Shown: positions 23,540 through 34,000, counted from the stretch's first letter. The stretch: 64,000 bases of DNA from an uncultured bacterium (GCA_964601275.1 CAZRMV010000010.1:2802-66801), one strand, 5' to 3'. Made by a program: numbers and translations. The notes: generated by a model not told the origin, from the letters alone.

Positions 23540-23925
23540 CGGGAGACCTCCTCGGGAGGCGTCGCCAGGGTGTGATAGCGCTTGAGCCCCCGCGCGTCGT
23601 CGATGTCGATCTCGACATAGACGGCCTCGGTGAGTGCTCGATGCCCCAGGGTCTCGAGTCTCCGCCCGAGGGCGTCCACCGTGGCTTCCATCGCGACTGG
23701 AGAGCGCTCCCGGCGGCGATCGCCGGCCCGGCGGGCGATGCGCTGGTTGTGCCGGATCCACAGCAGGGTGGTCAGGCAGACTCCCACCACCAGGACCGAG
23801 AGGATCGCCAGCGCGGTCAAGGTCTGTGGATTGAGACGGCGCCGGCTCACCAACCACCAATAGTAGATGAAGAGGGACCAGGAGAGTACCGCCAGCGCTC
23901 CTTGACCCAACAGCCTGCGCTGCAT
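23536..23925 (-). CDS. PgaD-like small two-TM inner-membrane protein
   Basis: 129-aa product with two adjacent TM helices (ALAVLSWSLFIYYWWLV; LTALAILSVLVVGVCLTTLLWI) and a basic cytoplasmic tail. Its stop is coupled (GTGA) to the GT2 synthase start. Confidence 0.5.
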   Translation of the reverse strand: MQRRLLGQGALAVLSWSLFIYYWWLVSRRRLNPQTLTALAILSVLVVGVCLTTLLWIRHNQRIARRAGDRRRERSPVAMEATVDALGRRLETLGHRALTEAVYVEIDIDDARGLKRYHTLATPPEEVSR

Positions 23926-24278
23926 TGCGCAATCCTTTCCCCCCGGGAGACCGGCCAGAGCGTCCCGGTGGAGTGGTTTCCGATTCCTCTCGGCTCCGCG
24001 TGAGGGAGCATCGTCCGCGAGAAGGGTTCGTGACGCCCTCGACGGCGGGGGCGAAGGCGCGGTCCACCGCGCAGTTCCCCGACGGGGCACTCGAATCCAC
24101 CGCGGAGGGTGCAACCCCCAGGCCAAGGGAAGGAGGATGGGTCCCGGGTCTGCTTGACGCTTCCTCCCGGCGCTCCTAACCTCTAGCGGATCTTGGATTT
24201 GGGGACGCGGGCGGCCATGGCGGTCGGTCGTCACCTCGGGAAACGACGCGGCCGGACGAGGTCGTCGAAGGGAGCACG

Positions 24279-27215
24279 GTGCAGTTTCGTCCTTCGGTTC
24301 GCAAAACGCTGCAGTGGGCATGGGCCGTTCCGCTGCTGGCGCTCTTCTGGATCACACCGGCACGGGGAAGCACACCCATCGCGGCGGGTTCCTCCTCCCC
24401 GGCGGTTTCCCCACCCGTCCCGGCCTCCGATCCCGTGGTGCGCCGCGCCGAGCTTCCCAATGGTCTGAGGGTGATCGTCCGGGAGGACCATCGCAGCCCC
24501 CTGGTGGCGGTGGTGACCCACGTGGGCAGTGGCTACCTCAACGAGGACCCGGGTGAGGCGGGGATCTCCCATCTCCTGGAGCACATGATCCTCCGGGGAA
24601 CCGACACCCATCCCGGCTTCGAGGACATTCCCCGCGCGGTGCGCGAACTGGGCGGGGTGCTCAATGGAGCCACCGGCTTCGACCACAGCGAGACCTACCT
24701 GGTGGTTCCTTCCGACAAGGTCGAGGACGCCCTGGCCCTGGCATCGGAGATCTACACCGAACCCCGATTCGATCGCGAGGCCCTGGGGAAGGTGAAGGAG
24801 ATCATCCGGGGAGAGATCGAACAGAAGCTGGAGAACCCGGTCGATTTCGCCCGCGATCTCCTGCTGCGCGAGGTCTTCTCCGACGGAGTCCAGCCCGCGC
24901 CCGGAGACCGGCAGCGTCTGGCCGCCATCGCGAGCCTCACCGTCGAGCAACTGCGTCGATTCCACGAAGACCACTACCGTCCCCCCAACACCGTGGTGAG
25001 CGTGGTGGGAGATGTCGACGCCGCCGCGGTGCTTCAAGCCGTCCGGGCCCGCTTCGGCGAAGTGCCCCGGGGGGAGATGCGCCGCCACGCCGGAAGCGAG
25101 CTGGTCGAGCCGAAGGCCCTTCGGTTCCACCGGGTGATGGACAGCTACGACCGCAACGTCGTGATGGTGGGCTTCCCCCTGCCTTTGGCGGCGAAGCGGG
25201 ATCTTCCCGCCCTGCGCCTTTTGGGCGCGCTCGTGGTCGACGGCGCGGCCTCCCGCCTGCGGGTTCCCTTCATGATCGAACACGACTGGGCCCAGGGTCT
25301 CAGCACCCGGGTGGTGGCCTTCGACCGGGCCGGACTCTTCGAGCTCGCCATCGAAGCTCCCAACACCTTCGAGGACCAGGCGCTGCGGGAATTCTTCGTG
25401 CAGCTCGACCAGATCCGGCGCTACGGGGTACGTCCCCAGGAGCTGGAGAACGCCCGGACCCGGGTGGCGATCCGGCGCCGGATCGCCGGAGAAGACATCC
25501 TGACCGTCGCCCGCCGCCAGGCCCGGGCCATGCTTCCCCTCGCGAGCGGAGATCGTTCCGCTGATGAAGCCGAGGCGAAGGTGACGGTGGCCGATCTGCA
25601 GCGCGCGATCACCCGTTGGCTGGCGATTCCCCGGGCGGCGGTGGTCGAACTTCTCGATCGCGCGAAGATGAACTCCAGGCCGTTCTACGGGCGGCTGGAC
25701 GCCGCGGCGATGCAGGGGCACCTGGAAGGCGCGGTGCTGGCCGGGGCCGATCGGCAACGCGGCTTGCCGCCGAAGGCGCCCCTTCCGCCCTCGTGGGTCT
25801 CTCGCCTGGAGCTTGCCGGATGGGCCCGGGAGTTCGAGAAGGCGCCCCGGGAAGACGGCCTGCGCCGTTTCGAGTACCCCAACGGGGCGGTCCTGCTGGT
25901 GCGGGAGATTCCCACCCTCGACCAGGTGGACCTCTCGATATGGTTCCGCGGAGGACGGGTCACCGAGACGGCCAATTCCGCCGGACAGACCGCGTTGTTG
26001 CAGAAGCTCATGGTGCGTCGGACGGTCCAGCGCACCCAGAGGGATCTCGCCGACGATCTGGACGCATTGGGAACGACCCTGCGACCGGTGCGTACCCTCG
26101 ATGCCTTCGGATTCTCCCTGGACGTGCAGGCGATGGATCTGCCCTATGCCTTCGATCTGTTGTACGACGTGGTCGCCAATCCCCAGTTCGAGGGGCGCGA
26201 GTTCGGCTGGGCCAAGTTCCATCAGATCCGCCAGGTCCACGCGGATGACGGCCGGCTCTTCGTGCAGAGCCAGGATCTGCTGCGCCGCGCGGCCTGGGGC
26301 GACCATCCCTACGGCCTGCCCGAGATGGGGAACGAGATACTGATCAAGAAGGCGCACCTGAGCAGCCTCCAGGATCTGCACGTCGATCTCTGCAATCCGC
26401 GCAACGCGGTGATCGTGGTGACCGGGGGAGTGGATGCCGAGGGGGTCCACGAGTTCCTCGATCTCTACATGCGCCAGTGGTCGGACATCAGCGATCTCTA
26501 TCCGGCCGGGGCCGGGGCCTTCTTCCAGAGCGAACTGATCGATCCGCTGCCACCGGTGGAGGAAGGGCGCTCGGAGGAAGTGCATCGCTCCAGTCCGCTC
26601 GCGGCGCTCCAGCTGGGATTCTCCGCCCGCGGCGCGCGCGCCCCGGAGCACTCCGCCCAGGAACTGTTGCAATGGTGGCTGGGTGGTCCCGATGGTCCTC
26701 TGGCCCCGGCGGTTCTGGGCACCCCGGCGAGCGAGGGCGGCCCCGCGGAGGGGGACGCGCCGGTGGTCTATCGCCTGACCACCGGGGAAGTGGGAGGAGC
26801 CTTGGGCGGTCTTCTCACCGTCTACGCGGCTTCCACCGAGGCCGATCTCCCCCGCGTGGAGAGCTCCCTGGTCGAGACCCTGCACGCGGTGGCGGAGCAA
26901 GGGCCCGATCCCGACCGCTTTCTGGCGGTGCAGGCCGGCTGGTCCACCCGCTTCCTGCTGGGCCTCCAGCGCTGCGCGGACGAGGGTCGATTCATCGCCC
27001 GGCGCGAGATCGAGGGCCTGCCGCCGCAGACCCCGCTCGATCACCGGGAAGAGCTGCGGGCCGTCTCGGTGGACGAGGTCTCGGATCTGGCGCGGAAGAT
27101 CCTGCGGGAGGCCCCCCACGCGATCGGCCGGGTCCACGGCGCGAAGGCTTCGGACGAAGACCAACCTTCCGGGGCACCCGGCGGCGACCCGCAACGGAAG
27201 GACTCGCGATCGTGA
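24279..27215 (+). CDS. M16 family (pitrilysin/insulinase-like) zinc peptidase, tandem double-unit, secreted
   Basis: GTG start and a signal peptide. Inverted zinc motif HxxEH in ISHLLEHMILRGT. About 978 aa, consistent with an active plus an inactive M16 half fused together. Confidence 0.8.
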   Translation: MQFRPSVRKTLQWAWAVPLLALFWITPARGSTPIAAGSSSPAVSPPVPASDPVVRRAELPNGLRVIVREDHRSPLVAVVTHVGSGYLNEDPGEAGISHLLEHMILRGTDTHPGFEDIPRAVRELGGVLNGATGFDHSETYLVVPSDKVEDALALASEIYTEPRFDREALGKVKEIIRGEIEQKLENPVDFARDLLLREVFSDGVQPAPGDRQRLAAIASLTVEQLRRFHEDHYRPPNTVVSVVGDVDAAAVLQAVRARFGEVPRGEMRRHAGSELVEPKALRFHRVMDSYDRNVVMVGFPLPLAAKRDLPALRLLGALVVDGAASRLRVPFMIEHDWAQGLSTRVVAFDRAGLFELAIEAPNTFEDQALREFFVQLDQIRRYGVRPQELENARTRVAIRRRIAGEDILTVARRQARAMLPLASGDRSADEAEAKVTVADLQRAITRWLAIPRAAVVELLDRAKMNSRPFYGRLDAAAMQGHLEGAVLAGADRQRGLPPKAPLPPSWVSRLELAGWAREFEKAPREDGLRRFEYPNGAVLLVREIPTLDQVDLSIWFRGGRVTETANSAGQTALLQKLMVRRTVQRTQRDLADDLDALGTTLRPVRTLDAFGFSLDVQAMDLPYAFDLLYDVVANPQFEGREFGWAKFHQIRQVHADDGRLFVQSQDLLRRAAWGDHPYGLPEMGNEILIKKAHLSSLQDLHVDLCNPRNAVIVVTGGVDAEGVHEFLDLYMRQWSDISDLYPAGAGAFFQSELIDPLPPVEEGRSEEVHRSSPLAALQLGFSARGARAPEHSAQELLQWWLGGPDGPLAPAVLGTPASEGGPAEGDAPVVYRLTTGEVGGALGGLLTVYAASTEADLPRVESSLVETLHAVAEQGPDPDRFLAVQAGWSTRFLLGLQRCADEGRFIARREIEGLPPQTPLDHREELRAVSVDEVSDLARKILREAPHAIGRVHGAKASDEDQPSGAPGGDPQRKDSRS

Positions 27216-29947
27216 CCCGACCCACCACCAGCCGACAGGTCCGCCGGGCCTTCCTCGACTTCTTCATCGAGCGCGGCCACACCTTCGTGCCCAGCAGCAG
27301 TCTCATCCCCGCCGACGACCCCACGCTGCTGTTCACCAACGCGGGAATGAACCAGTTCAAGCCGGTCCTGCTGGGCGCGGAGAAACGCCCCTACGTGCGC
27401 GCGGTCAACAGCCAGAAGTGCATGCGGGTCAGCGGCAAGCACAACGACCTGGAAGCGGTAGGAAGCGACGGTCGTCATCACACCTTCTTCGAGATGCTCG
27501 GCAACTGGTCCTTCGGTGACTACTCCAAGCGCGAGGCCATCGCCTGGGCGTGGGAGTTCCTCACCGAAGTGATGGGACTGGACCCGGAGAAGATGCTGGT
27601 GAGCGTCTACAAGGACGACGACGAGAGCTACGACATCTGGAAGAACGAGATCAAGATTCCTCCGGAGAGGATCCACCGCCTGGGAGACATCGAGCAGGGC
27701 GACGAGGAGAACTTCTGGAGCATGGGCGAGACCGGCCCCTGCGGACCCTGCACCGAGATCCACTTCGACCAGGGAGAGGAGGTCGCCCGGGGCGATGACC
27801 GTCCGCTGGGGGAGAACGAGAGCGACCGCTACCTGGAGATCTGGAACCTGGTCTTCATCCAGTACGACCGCGACGAACAGGGCCGCCTGACCCCGCTGCC
27901 GTTGCGCAGCGTCGACACCGGGATGGGCCTGGAGCGCCTGGTTGCCCTGGTCAACGGCGTCACCTCGAACTACGAGACCGATCTCTTCGCGCCGATCATC
28001 CAGTGGGTGGCCCGGGAATCGGGCCGCGATCCCGGCAACGAGGACGACCGGGTGAGCATGCAGGTGATCGCCGATCACGTGCGCGCGCTGACCTTCACCG
28101 TGGCCGACGGTGGACGGCCGGGCAACGACGGCCGGGGCTACGTCCTGCGGCGGATCCTGCGCCGGGCGGCCCGGCACGGCCGACGCCTGGGATTCACCGA
28201 ACCCTTCCTGTACCGCGCGGCCGAGCTGGTGATCGACATGATGGGCGATCACTACCGCGAGCTCATCGACGCGCGCGACCACATCGTGCGGGTGGTCCGC
28301 ACCGAGGAGGAGCGCTTCAACGAGACCCTCGACCGCGGACTCCTGCTGTTCGAGGAAGCGGCCGCGCGCGCGGCCGAGCGCTTCGCCGAGGATCGCGGGA
28401 AGGGGGAGGGAGGAGGTTCCGCCAGGGGAGAGGGCGGAAGAGATCGTCCGGTCATCTCCGGCGAGGACGCGTTCAAGCTGCACGACACCTTCGGCTTCCC
28501 GCTGGATCTGACCCAGGTCATGGCCGAGGAGAAGGGAATGACCGTCGACGTCGAGGGATTCGAGAAGGCCATGGAGGAACAACGGGCACGGGCCCGCTCG
28601 GCCAGCCGCTTCGCCGCCTCCGGGCAGACCGAGGCGTGGACCTGGCTCGATGGCGAACCCGGTGCGGATCGGCCCGCCGCCGCGTTCGTCGGCTACGAGC
28701 GGCTTGCGACCAACTGCCGGCTGCTGGGGGCGAGGAAGGTGGGAACGGATCAGTGGGAAGTGGTGATCGATCCCTCGCCCTTCTACGCGGAGAGCGGGGG
28801 CCAGGTGGGCGACACCGGGTGGATCGAGGGCGAAGGCCTGCGGCTGGAGGTGTTCGATACCCAGCCCAGCCCGGCGGGTCCGGTGTGCCGGATCCGCGTC
28901 GCCGGGGGCGACTTCGACCCCTCCCGCTTGGCCGGGCTCACCCTGCGAGCCTGGGTCGACGCGGAACGCCGGGTGGCCATCATGCGCAACCACACCGCCA
29001 CCCACTTGTTGCACCGCGCGCTGCGCGGTCACCTGGGGGAGCACGCGACCCAGGCTGGATCGCTGGTGGCGCCCGATCGTCTCCGCTTCGACTTCCATTA
29101 CGACCGGGCCCTGGGCAAGGAATTGCTCGACGCCATCGAGCGCGAGGTGAACCAGCGCATCCTCGAGGATCGGCCGGTGGCCAAGCACGTCGATCTTCCC
29201 ATCGACCAGGCCCGGAAGATGGGCGCGGTCGCGATCTTCGGGGAGAAGTACGGCGAGACGGTGCGGGTGGTCCAGGTCGATGACTACTCGATCGAGTTCT
29301 GCGGGGGCACCCACTGCGACCGCACCGGCCAGATCGGGCTGATGAAGATCGTGGCCGAGAGCGCGGTGGCCTCCGGGGTGCGCCGCATCGAGGCGCTGAC
29401 CGGGGAGAAGGCGCTGGAGAGCTTCGCTGCCGATCGCGACATCGTGCGCACCCTGGGCGAGGAGTTGTCGGCGCGCCCGGAGGACGTGGCGTCCCGGGTC
29501 CACGCGCTCAGGGATGAACTGAAGCAGGTGCAGCACGAACTCAGCCGCGCCCGGCGCGACCAGGCGGGAGAGGCGGCGGGAGCGTTGCTGGAGCACCCGG
29601 TGGAGGTGGACGGAATCCGGGTGATCGCGGCCCAGGTCGAGGTGCCCGAGCGCGAGGCGTTGCTGCAGATGGGCGACACCCTGCGGGAGAAGCTGGGCAG
29701 CGGGGTGGCGGTGCTGGCGGCCGAGCTGCAGGGAAAGGTTGCCTTTCTCGCGGTGGTCACCGACGATCTCATCCAGGAGCGCGGCCTGAAGGCCGGGGAC
29801 CTGGTGAAGAAGGTCGCGGCCATCGCCGGGGGCGGAGGGGGCGGCCGTCCGCACCTGGCGCAGGCGGGAGGAAAGGATCCGGCGAAGATCCCCGAGGCCA
29901 TCGCCGCGGTCGCTTCCATCGTCAAGGAACTCGCCGCCGCCGGGTGA
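27212..29947 (+). CDS. alaS: Alanyl-tRNA synthetase
   Basis: Conserved AlaRS N-terminus (FLDFFIERGHTFVPSSSLIP…LLFTNAGMNQFKP), editing-domain HxxxH/CxxxH motifs (HTATHLLH; CGGTHC) and a C-terminal DHHA1 domain. GTG start overlaps the M16 stop (GTGA). Confidence 0.9.
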   Translation: MTRPTTSRQVRRAFLDFFIERGHTFVPSSSLIPADDPTLLFTNAGMNQFKPVLLGAEKRPYVRAVNSQKCMRVSGKHNDLEAVGSDGRHHTFFEMLGNWSFGDYSKREAIAWAWEFLTEVMGLDPEKMLVSVYKDDDESYDIWKNEIKIPPERIHRLGDIEQGDEENFWSMGETGPCGPCTEIHFDQGEEVARGDDRPLGENESDRYLEIWNLVFIQYDRDEQGRLTPLPLRSVDTGMGLERLVALVNGVTSNYETDLFAPIIQWVARESGRDPGNEDDRVSMQVIADHVRALTFTVADGGRPGNDGRGYVLRRILRRAARHGRRLGFTEPFLYRAAELVIDMMGDHYRELIDARDHIVRVVRTEEERFNETLDRGLLLFEEAAARAAERFAEDRGKGEGGGSARGEGGRDRPVISGEDAFKLHDTFGFPLDLTQVMAEEKGMTVDVEGFEKAMEEQRARARSASRFAASGQTEAWTWLDGEPGADRPAAAFVGYERLATNCRLLGARKVGTDQWEVVIDPSPFYAESGGQVGDTGWIEGEGLRLEVFDTQPSPAGPVCRIRVAGGDFDPSRLAGLTLRAWVDAERRVAIMRNHTATHLLHRALRGHLGEHATQAGSLVAPDRLRFDFHYDRALGKELLDAIEREVNQRILEDRPVAKHVDLPIDQARKMGAVAIFGEKYGETVRVVQVDDYSIEFCGGTHCDRTGQIGLMKIVAESAVASGVRRIEALTGEKALESFAADRDIVRTLGEELSARPEDVASRVHALRDELKQVQHELSRARRDQAGEAAGALLEHPVEVDGIRVIAAQVEVPEREALLQMGDTLREKLGSGVAVLAAELQGKVAFLAVVTDDLIQERGLKAGDLVKKVAAIAGGGGGGRPHLAQAGGKDPAKIPEAIAAVASIVKELAAAG

Positions 29948-29984
29948 GCCCCGGCGCGGCACATCAGCCTCCGGAGGTTTCGCC

Positions 29985-30887
29985 TTGGTTCCCATTCTGC
30001 GCCTGCGCGGCCTGCGCCGCAGTTTCGGGCCGGTCCGCGCGGTCGACGGGGTCGACCTGGAGGTGCCCCGGGGATCGATCTACGGCATCCTCGGTCCCAA
30101 CGGCGCGGGGAAGACCACGGCGATCCGGATGATCCTCAACATCTACACCTGCGACGAGGGCGAGATCATCTTCGATGGGCGGCCTCTGGACCGTCACGCC
30201 ATCGACCGGATCGGCTACCTGCCCGAGGAGCGCGGTCTGTACAAGCGCCTGAAGGTGGCCGAGCACCTCGAATACCTCGCGCGGCTGAAGGGACTGTCCG
30301 CACGGGAAGCCCGGCGGAGGACCGGGCTCTGGCTCGAGCGTTTCGGGCTCGCCGACCGCGCCGGTGCCAAGACCAACGAACTGTCCAAGGGGATGCAACA
30401 GAAGGTGCAGTTCATCGGCGCGGTCATCGCCGAACCCGACCTGGTGATCCTGGACGAACCGTTCAGCGGTCTCGATCCGATCAACGTGAGACTGTTGCGG
30501 GAAATCATCGAGGAGATCCGGCGGGCCGGACGGACGGTGCTGTTCTCCACCCACGTGATGGAACAGGCCGAGCAGATCTGCGACCATATCTTCCTCATCA
30601 ACCGGGGCTGCAAGGTGCTCGACGGCCGCCTGGAAGACATCGTGGAGCATTATCCCATCGACAAGGTGCGGGTGGCCGGCGAACTGGAAGAGGAACGATT
30701 GGGCGCGCTCTCCCACGTGGAGAAGGTCGAACGCAATGGCAACGAGTGGAATCTCTGGCTGGACCCTGAGGGTTCGCCGCAGCGGCTGCTCGAGGAATTG
30801 ATCACCATCGGGCGGGTCGATTTCTTCGCCGCCTCGCGGCCTCCGCTCAGCGAGATCTTCATCCGGGAAGTCGAGGGAAGATCATGA
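29985..30887 (+). CDS. ABC transporter ATP-binding protein (ABC-2/NatA-like)
   Basis: Walker A GPNGAGKTT, ABC signature LSKGMQQK, Walker B LVILDEPFSGLD and H-loop. Confidence 0.85.
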   Translation: MVPILRLRGLRRSFGPVRAVDGVDLEVPRGSIYGILGPNGAGKTTAIRMILNIYTCDEGEIIFDGRPLDRHAIDRIGYLPEERGLYKRLKVAEHLEYLARLKGLSAREARRRTGLWLERFGLADRAGAKTNELSKGMQQKVQFIGAVIAEPDLVILDEPFSGLDPINVRLLREIIEEIRRAGRTVLFSTHVMEQAEQICDHIFLINRGCKVLDGRLEDIVEHYPIDKVRVAGELEEERLGALSHVEKVERNGNEWNLWLDPEGSPQRLLEELITIGRVDFFAASRPPLSEIFIREVEGRS

Positions 30888-32152
30888 ACCGGCTGTGGCT
30901 GATCATCTCCCAGGAATACCGGGTGCGGGTCCGCTCGCGGGCCTTCCTCTTGTCGACCCTGCTGGCTCCGGTGGTCATCCTGGCCATCACCGCTGGTCCG
31001 GCGATGCTGGCCTCGCGCGCGAACAAGAGCGGGAAAGTGGTGGTGGTGTACGACGAGACCGGCCAACCCGGCTTGTTCGAGAAGCTCCAGGAAACCCTCG
31101 GCGACCCCGGGCGCGGCGGCAGCTCGAACATCCGCTTGTCGCGGTACGATGGAACGGGGCCTCTCGATTCGGTGCGGGTGCGCCTGGCTCCGCAGATCGA
31201 GAACGGCGACTACGATGGACTGCTCGACCTGTCCCGGGATTTCCTCACCGATGGGAAGGCGATGTTCTACGCGGCCGACCCCAGCGGCCTGCTCTGGACC
31301 GACGAGCTGCAGGTTTCCCTGGACAAGCTCCTGCTGGGTTACCGCATGGCCGAACACGGGGTATCCGAGGACGACCTCTCCCGACTGATGGAAAAGGTCC
31401 AGTTCCACACCGCGCCGATCACCGGCCAGGTGCAGAGCGAAGAAGCGATGGCGTCGCGCTTGATGGTCGGGATGATGATGATCCTGCTCCTCTATGTAAT
31501 GATCCTCACCTACGGGGTGCAGTCGATGAATGCGGTCATCGAGGACAAGGCCTCCCGCGTGGTCGAGGTGATGCTGGCCAACGTCACGCCGACGACCTTG
31601 ATGACCGGCAAGATCGTGGCGACCGCTCTCCTGGGACTCACCCAGTTCGCGATCTGGGGGTTGGTCGGAGTGGGGGCGATGGGCCGGGGCCTGGCCACCC
31701 TGCCCGCCGAGATCGATCTCTCGTTCCTCACCGTCTGGCTCTGGGTCGCGTTCACGACCTTCTTCATCCTGGGTTACCTGCTGTTCGCCAGCCTGTATGC
31801 CGCCATCGGGTCGATGTGCAACAGCATGCAGGACGCCCAGCAGTTCCAGATGCCGGTGACCATCCTGGTGGTCATCCCCATCCTCCTGCTGCAGGTGGTG
31901 CTGCAGGATCCCAACGGCACCCTCGCGGTGGTGTTCTCGCTCATTCCGGTGTTCACCCCGATCATGATGTTCATCCGGATCGTCCTGGGCACCCCGCCCC
32001 TCTGGCAGGTGCTGCTCAGCATCGTGCTGCTGGCCTTGACGGGGGTCCTCATGGCCAAGATCACCGGGAAGCTCTTCCGCCTGTCCATCCTGAGCTTCGG
32101 GAAGGCTCCGAACTGGCGCCAGGTCGTCCATATGCTCCGTTCGCCCGAGTAG
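30884..32152 (+). CDS. ABC-2 family transporter permease (NatB-like)
   Basis: N-terminal TM helix, a large extracytoplasmic domain, then a 5-TM C-terminal bundle. Start overlaps the ATPase gene's stop. Confidence 0.75.
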   Translation: MNRLWLIISQEYRVRVRSRAFLLSTLLAPVVILAITAGPAMLASRANKSGKVVVVYDETGQPGLFEKLQETLGDPGRGGSSNIRLSRYDGTGPLDSVRVRLAPQIENGDYDGLLDLSRDFLTDGKAMFYAADPSGLLWTDELQVSLDKLLLGYRMAEHGVSEDDLSRLMEKVQFHTAPITGQVQSEEAMASRLMVGMMMILLLYVMILTYGVQSMNAVIEDKASRVVEVMLANVTPTTLMTGKIVATALLGLTQFAIWGLVGVGAMGRGLATLPAEIDLSFLTVWLWVAFTTFFILGYLLFASLYAAIGSMCNSMQDAQQFQMPVTILVVIPILLLQVVLQDPNGTLAVVFSLIPVFTPIMMFIRIVLGTPPLWQVLLSIVLLALTGVLMAKITGKLFRLSILSFGKAPNWRQVVHMLRSPE

Positions 32153-32281
32153 GGGAGTAGGGGCGCCTGCTCCTTTCGCTTCGCCGCGTTTTTGCCTACC
32201 ATTCTGGCTCCCGTGCCAGGCAGCAGCGGCTCCCCTTCGGCGCCGGCACCTTCCTGGATACGCCCTGTTTCCCCCGAATCA

Positions 32282-34000
32282 ATGGACGACGCCATGCCTC
32301 TACAGAATGCCCCCACCACCGATGGATCCCTCATGCTCAGCCCGAAGGAAGCAGCCGATTGGGTGAAGCGCAGCCGGGACTGGCCCTCGCACTGTTGCAA
32401 CGAGGTCGAATTGTGCGATCTCGGGCTGCTCATGAGCGGAGCCTTCGCGCCGTTGACCGGGTTCCTCGACCGCGAGGACACCGAAGGTGTCCTGCGGGAG
32501 ATGCGGCTCAAGAACGGCAAGCTGTGGCCCATGCCCATCAACCTGGAACTGGGCGAGGAGGAGGCGCTGGCCGCCGAGAAGGCCGGGCACCTGGTGCTGC
32601 GCGACGTGGAGGGGACCGTCCTCGCCGTGGTCGAGGTCTCAGAGGTTTGGCCCTACGACAAGAAGGCCATGGCCGAGGAGATGTTCGGTCACAGCGACGA
32701 GGCGCACCCCTTCGTGGCGCGGATGATGGCCAGCCGAGCCACCCACCTGCTCGGGGGACGCGTGGTCGGGCTGCAGATGCCCCGCCAGTACCTCTTCCCC
32801 GAGTTGCATCACACCCCCGCCCAGTTGCGGGCGATGTTCGCCGAGAAGGGCTGGGACAAGGTCGTCGCCTTCCAGACCCGCAATCCCATGCACCGCGCGC
32901 ACTTCGAGATCACCCGCCTGGCCGCGGAAAAAGCGGGAGCCAAGGTGCTTCTGCACCCGGTGGTGGGGGTGACCCGACCCGGAGACGTTCCCGCGGTGAT
33001 CCGGGTGCAGTGCTACCAGGCGCTTCTTCCCCGTTACGGAGAGGACAACGCCGCGCTCTCGCTTCTGCCCTTGGCCATGCGCATGGCCGGACCGCGCGAA
33101 GCCCTGTGGCATTCGCTCATCCGCCGCAACTTTGGCGCCACCCACTTCATCATCGGCCGCGACCACGCCGGCCCGGGCCTGGATTCCTCGGGGAAGCCCT
33201 TCCACGGACCCTACGACGCGCAGGAACTGGTGGAGAAGTATTCCGATGAGATCGGTATCGAGGTCATTCCCCTGCAGATGGTGGTCTACGATCCGGAGAA
33301 GGACGGCTACGTGACCCAGGACGAGGCGAGCGAGGCTTCGAAGGACTACCAGCTCTCCGGGACCGAACTGCGCCGCCGGCTGCGCGAGGGCGAGGAGATT
33401 CCCGAGTGGTTCACCTTCCCCGAGGTGTCGGAGATCCTGCGGCGGGCCTATCCGCCCCGCAACCGCCAGGGCTTCACCGTGTTCTTCACCGGGCTCTCGG
33501 CGTCGGGGAAGTCGACGGTGGCCCAGGCCCTGATGGCCAAGCTGCAGGTGGAGACCGGACGGGACGTGACCCTGCTCGACGGCGACGTGGTGCGGACCAA
33601 CCTCTCGTCGGAGCTGGGCTTCTCCAAGGAGCACCGCGATCTGAACATCCAGCGGATCGGTTACGTGGCCAGCGAGATCACCCGGCACGGAGGCATCGCC
33701 CTCTGCGCTCCCATCGCCCCCTACGACGAGGTGCGCAAGCAGGTGCGGCAGATGGTCTCCGGCCGCGGAGGCTTCGTGCTGGTGCACGTCAGCACCCCGC
33801 TCAAGGAGTGCGAACGGCGCGATCCCAAGGGTCTGTACGCCAAGGCCCGCGCCGGGGTGATCAAGGGCTTCACCGGGATCGACGATCCCTACGAGGCTCC
33901 CGAGGACGCCGAACTGAGCATCGATACCACCAGCATCGATCCGCACCAGGCGGCCCAGATGGTGGTCGACCATCTGCGGGCCGAGGGGTATCTGGGCTGA
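32282..34000 (+). CDS. sat/cysC: Bifunctional sulfate adenylyltransferase / adenylyl-sulfate kinase (PAPS synthase)
   Basis: ATP-sulfurylase motifs (QTRNPMHRAH; GRDHAGPG) in the N-terminal ~400 aa. C-terminal APS kinase with P-loop FTGLSASGKST and conserved LDGD. Confidence 0.85.
   Translation: MDDAMPLQNAPTTDGSLMLSPKEAADWVKRSRDWPSHCCNEVELCDLGLLMSGAFAPLTGFLDREDTEGVLREMRLKNGKLWPMPINLELGEEEALAAEKAGHLVLRDVEGTVLAVVEVSEVWPYDKKAMAEEMFGHSDEAHPFVARMMASRATHLLGGRVVGLQMPRQYLFPELHHTPAQLRAMFAEKGWDKVVAFQTRNPMHRAHFEITRLAAEKAGAKVLLHPVVGVTRPGDVPAVIRVQCYQALLPRYGEDNAALSLLPLAMRMAGPREALWHSLIRRNFGATHFIIGRDHAGPGLDSSGKPFHGPYDAQELVEKYSDEIGIEVIPLQMVVYDPEKDGYVTQDEASEASKDYQLSGTELRRRLREGEEIPEWFTFPEVSEILRRAYPPRNRQGFTVFFTGLSASGKSTVAQALMAKLQVETGRDVTLLDGDVVRTNLSSELGFSKEHRDLNIQRIGYVASEITRHGGIALCAPIAPYDEVRKQVRQMVSGRGGFVLVHVSTPLKECERRDPKGLYAKARAGVIKGFTGIDDPYEAPEDAELSIDTTSIDPHQAAQMVVDHLRAEGYLG

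Noticed and set aside
24231-29995. Two ~985-aa - strand ORFs (24231..27194 and 27041..29995)
   Set aside because: Antisense to the M16 peptidase and alaS. The AlaRS conservation on + strand is unequivocal.
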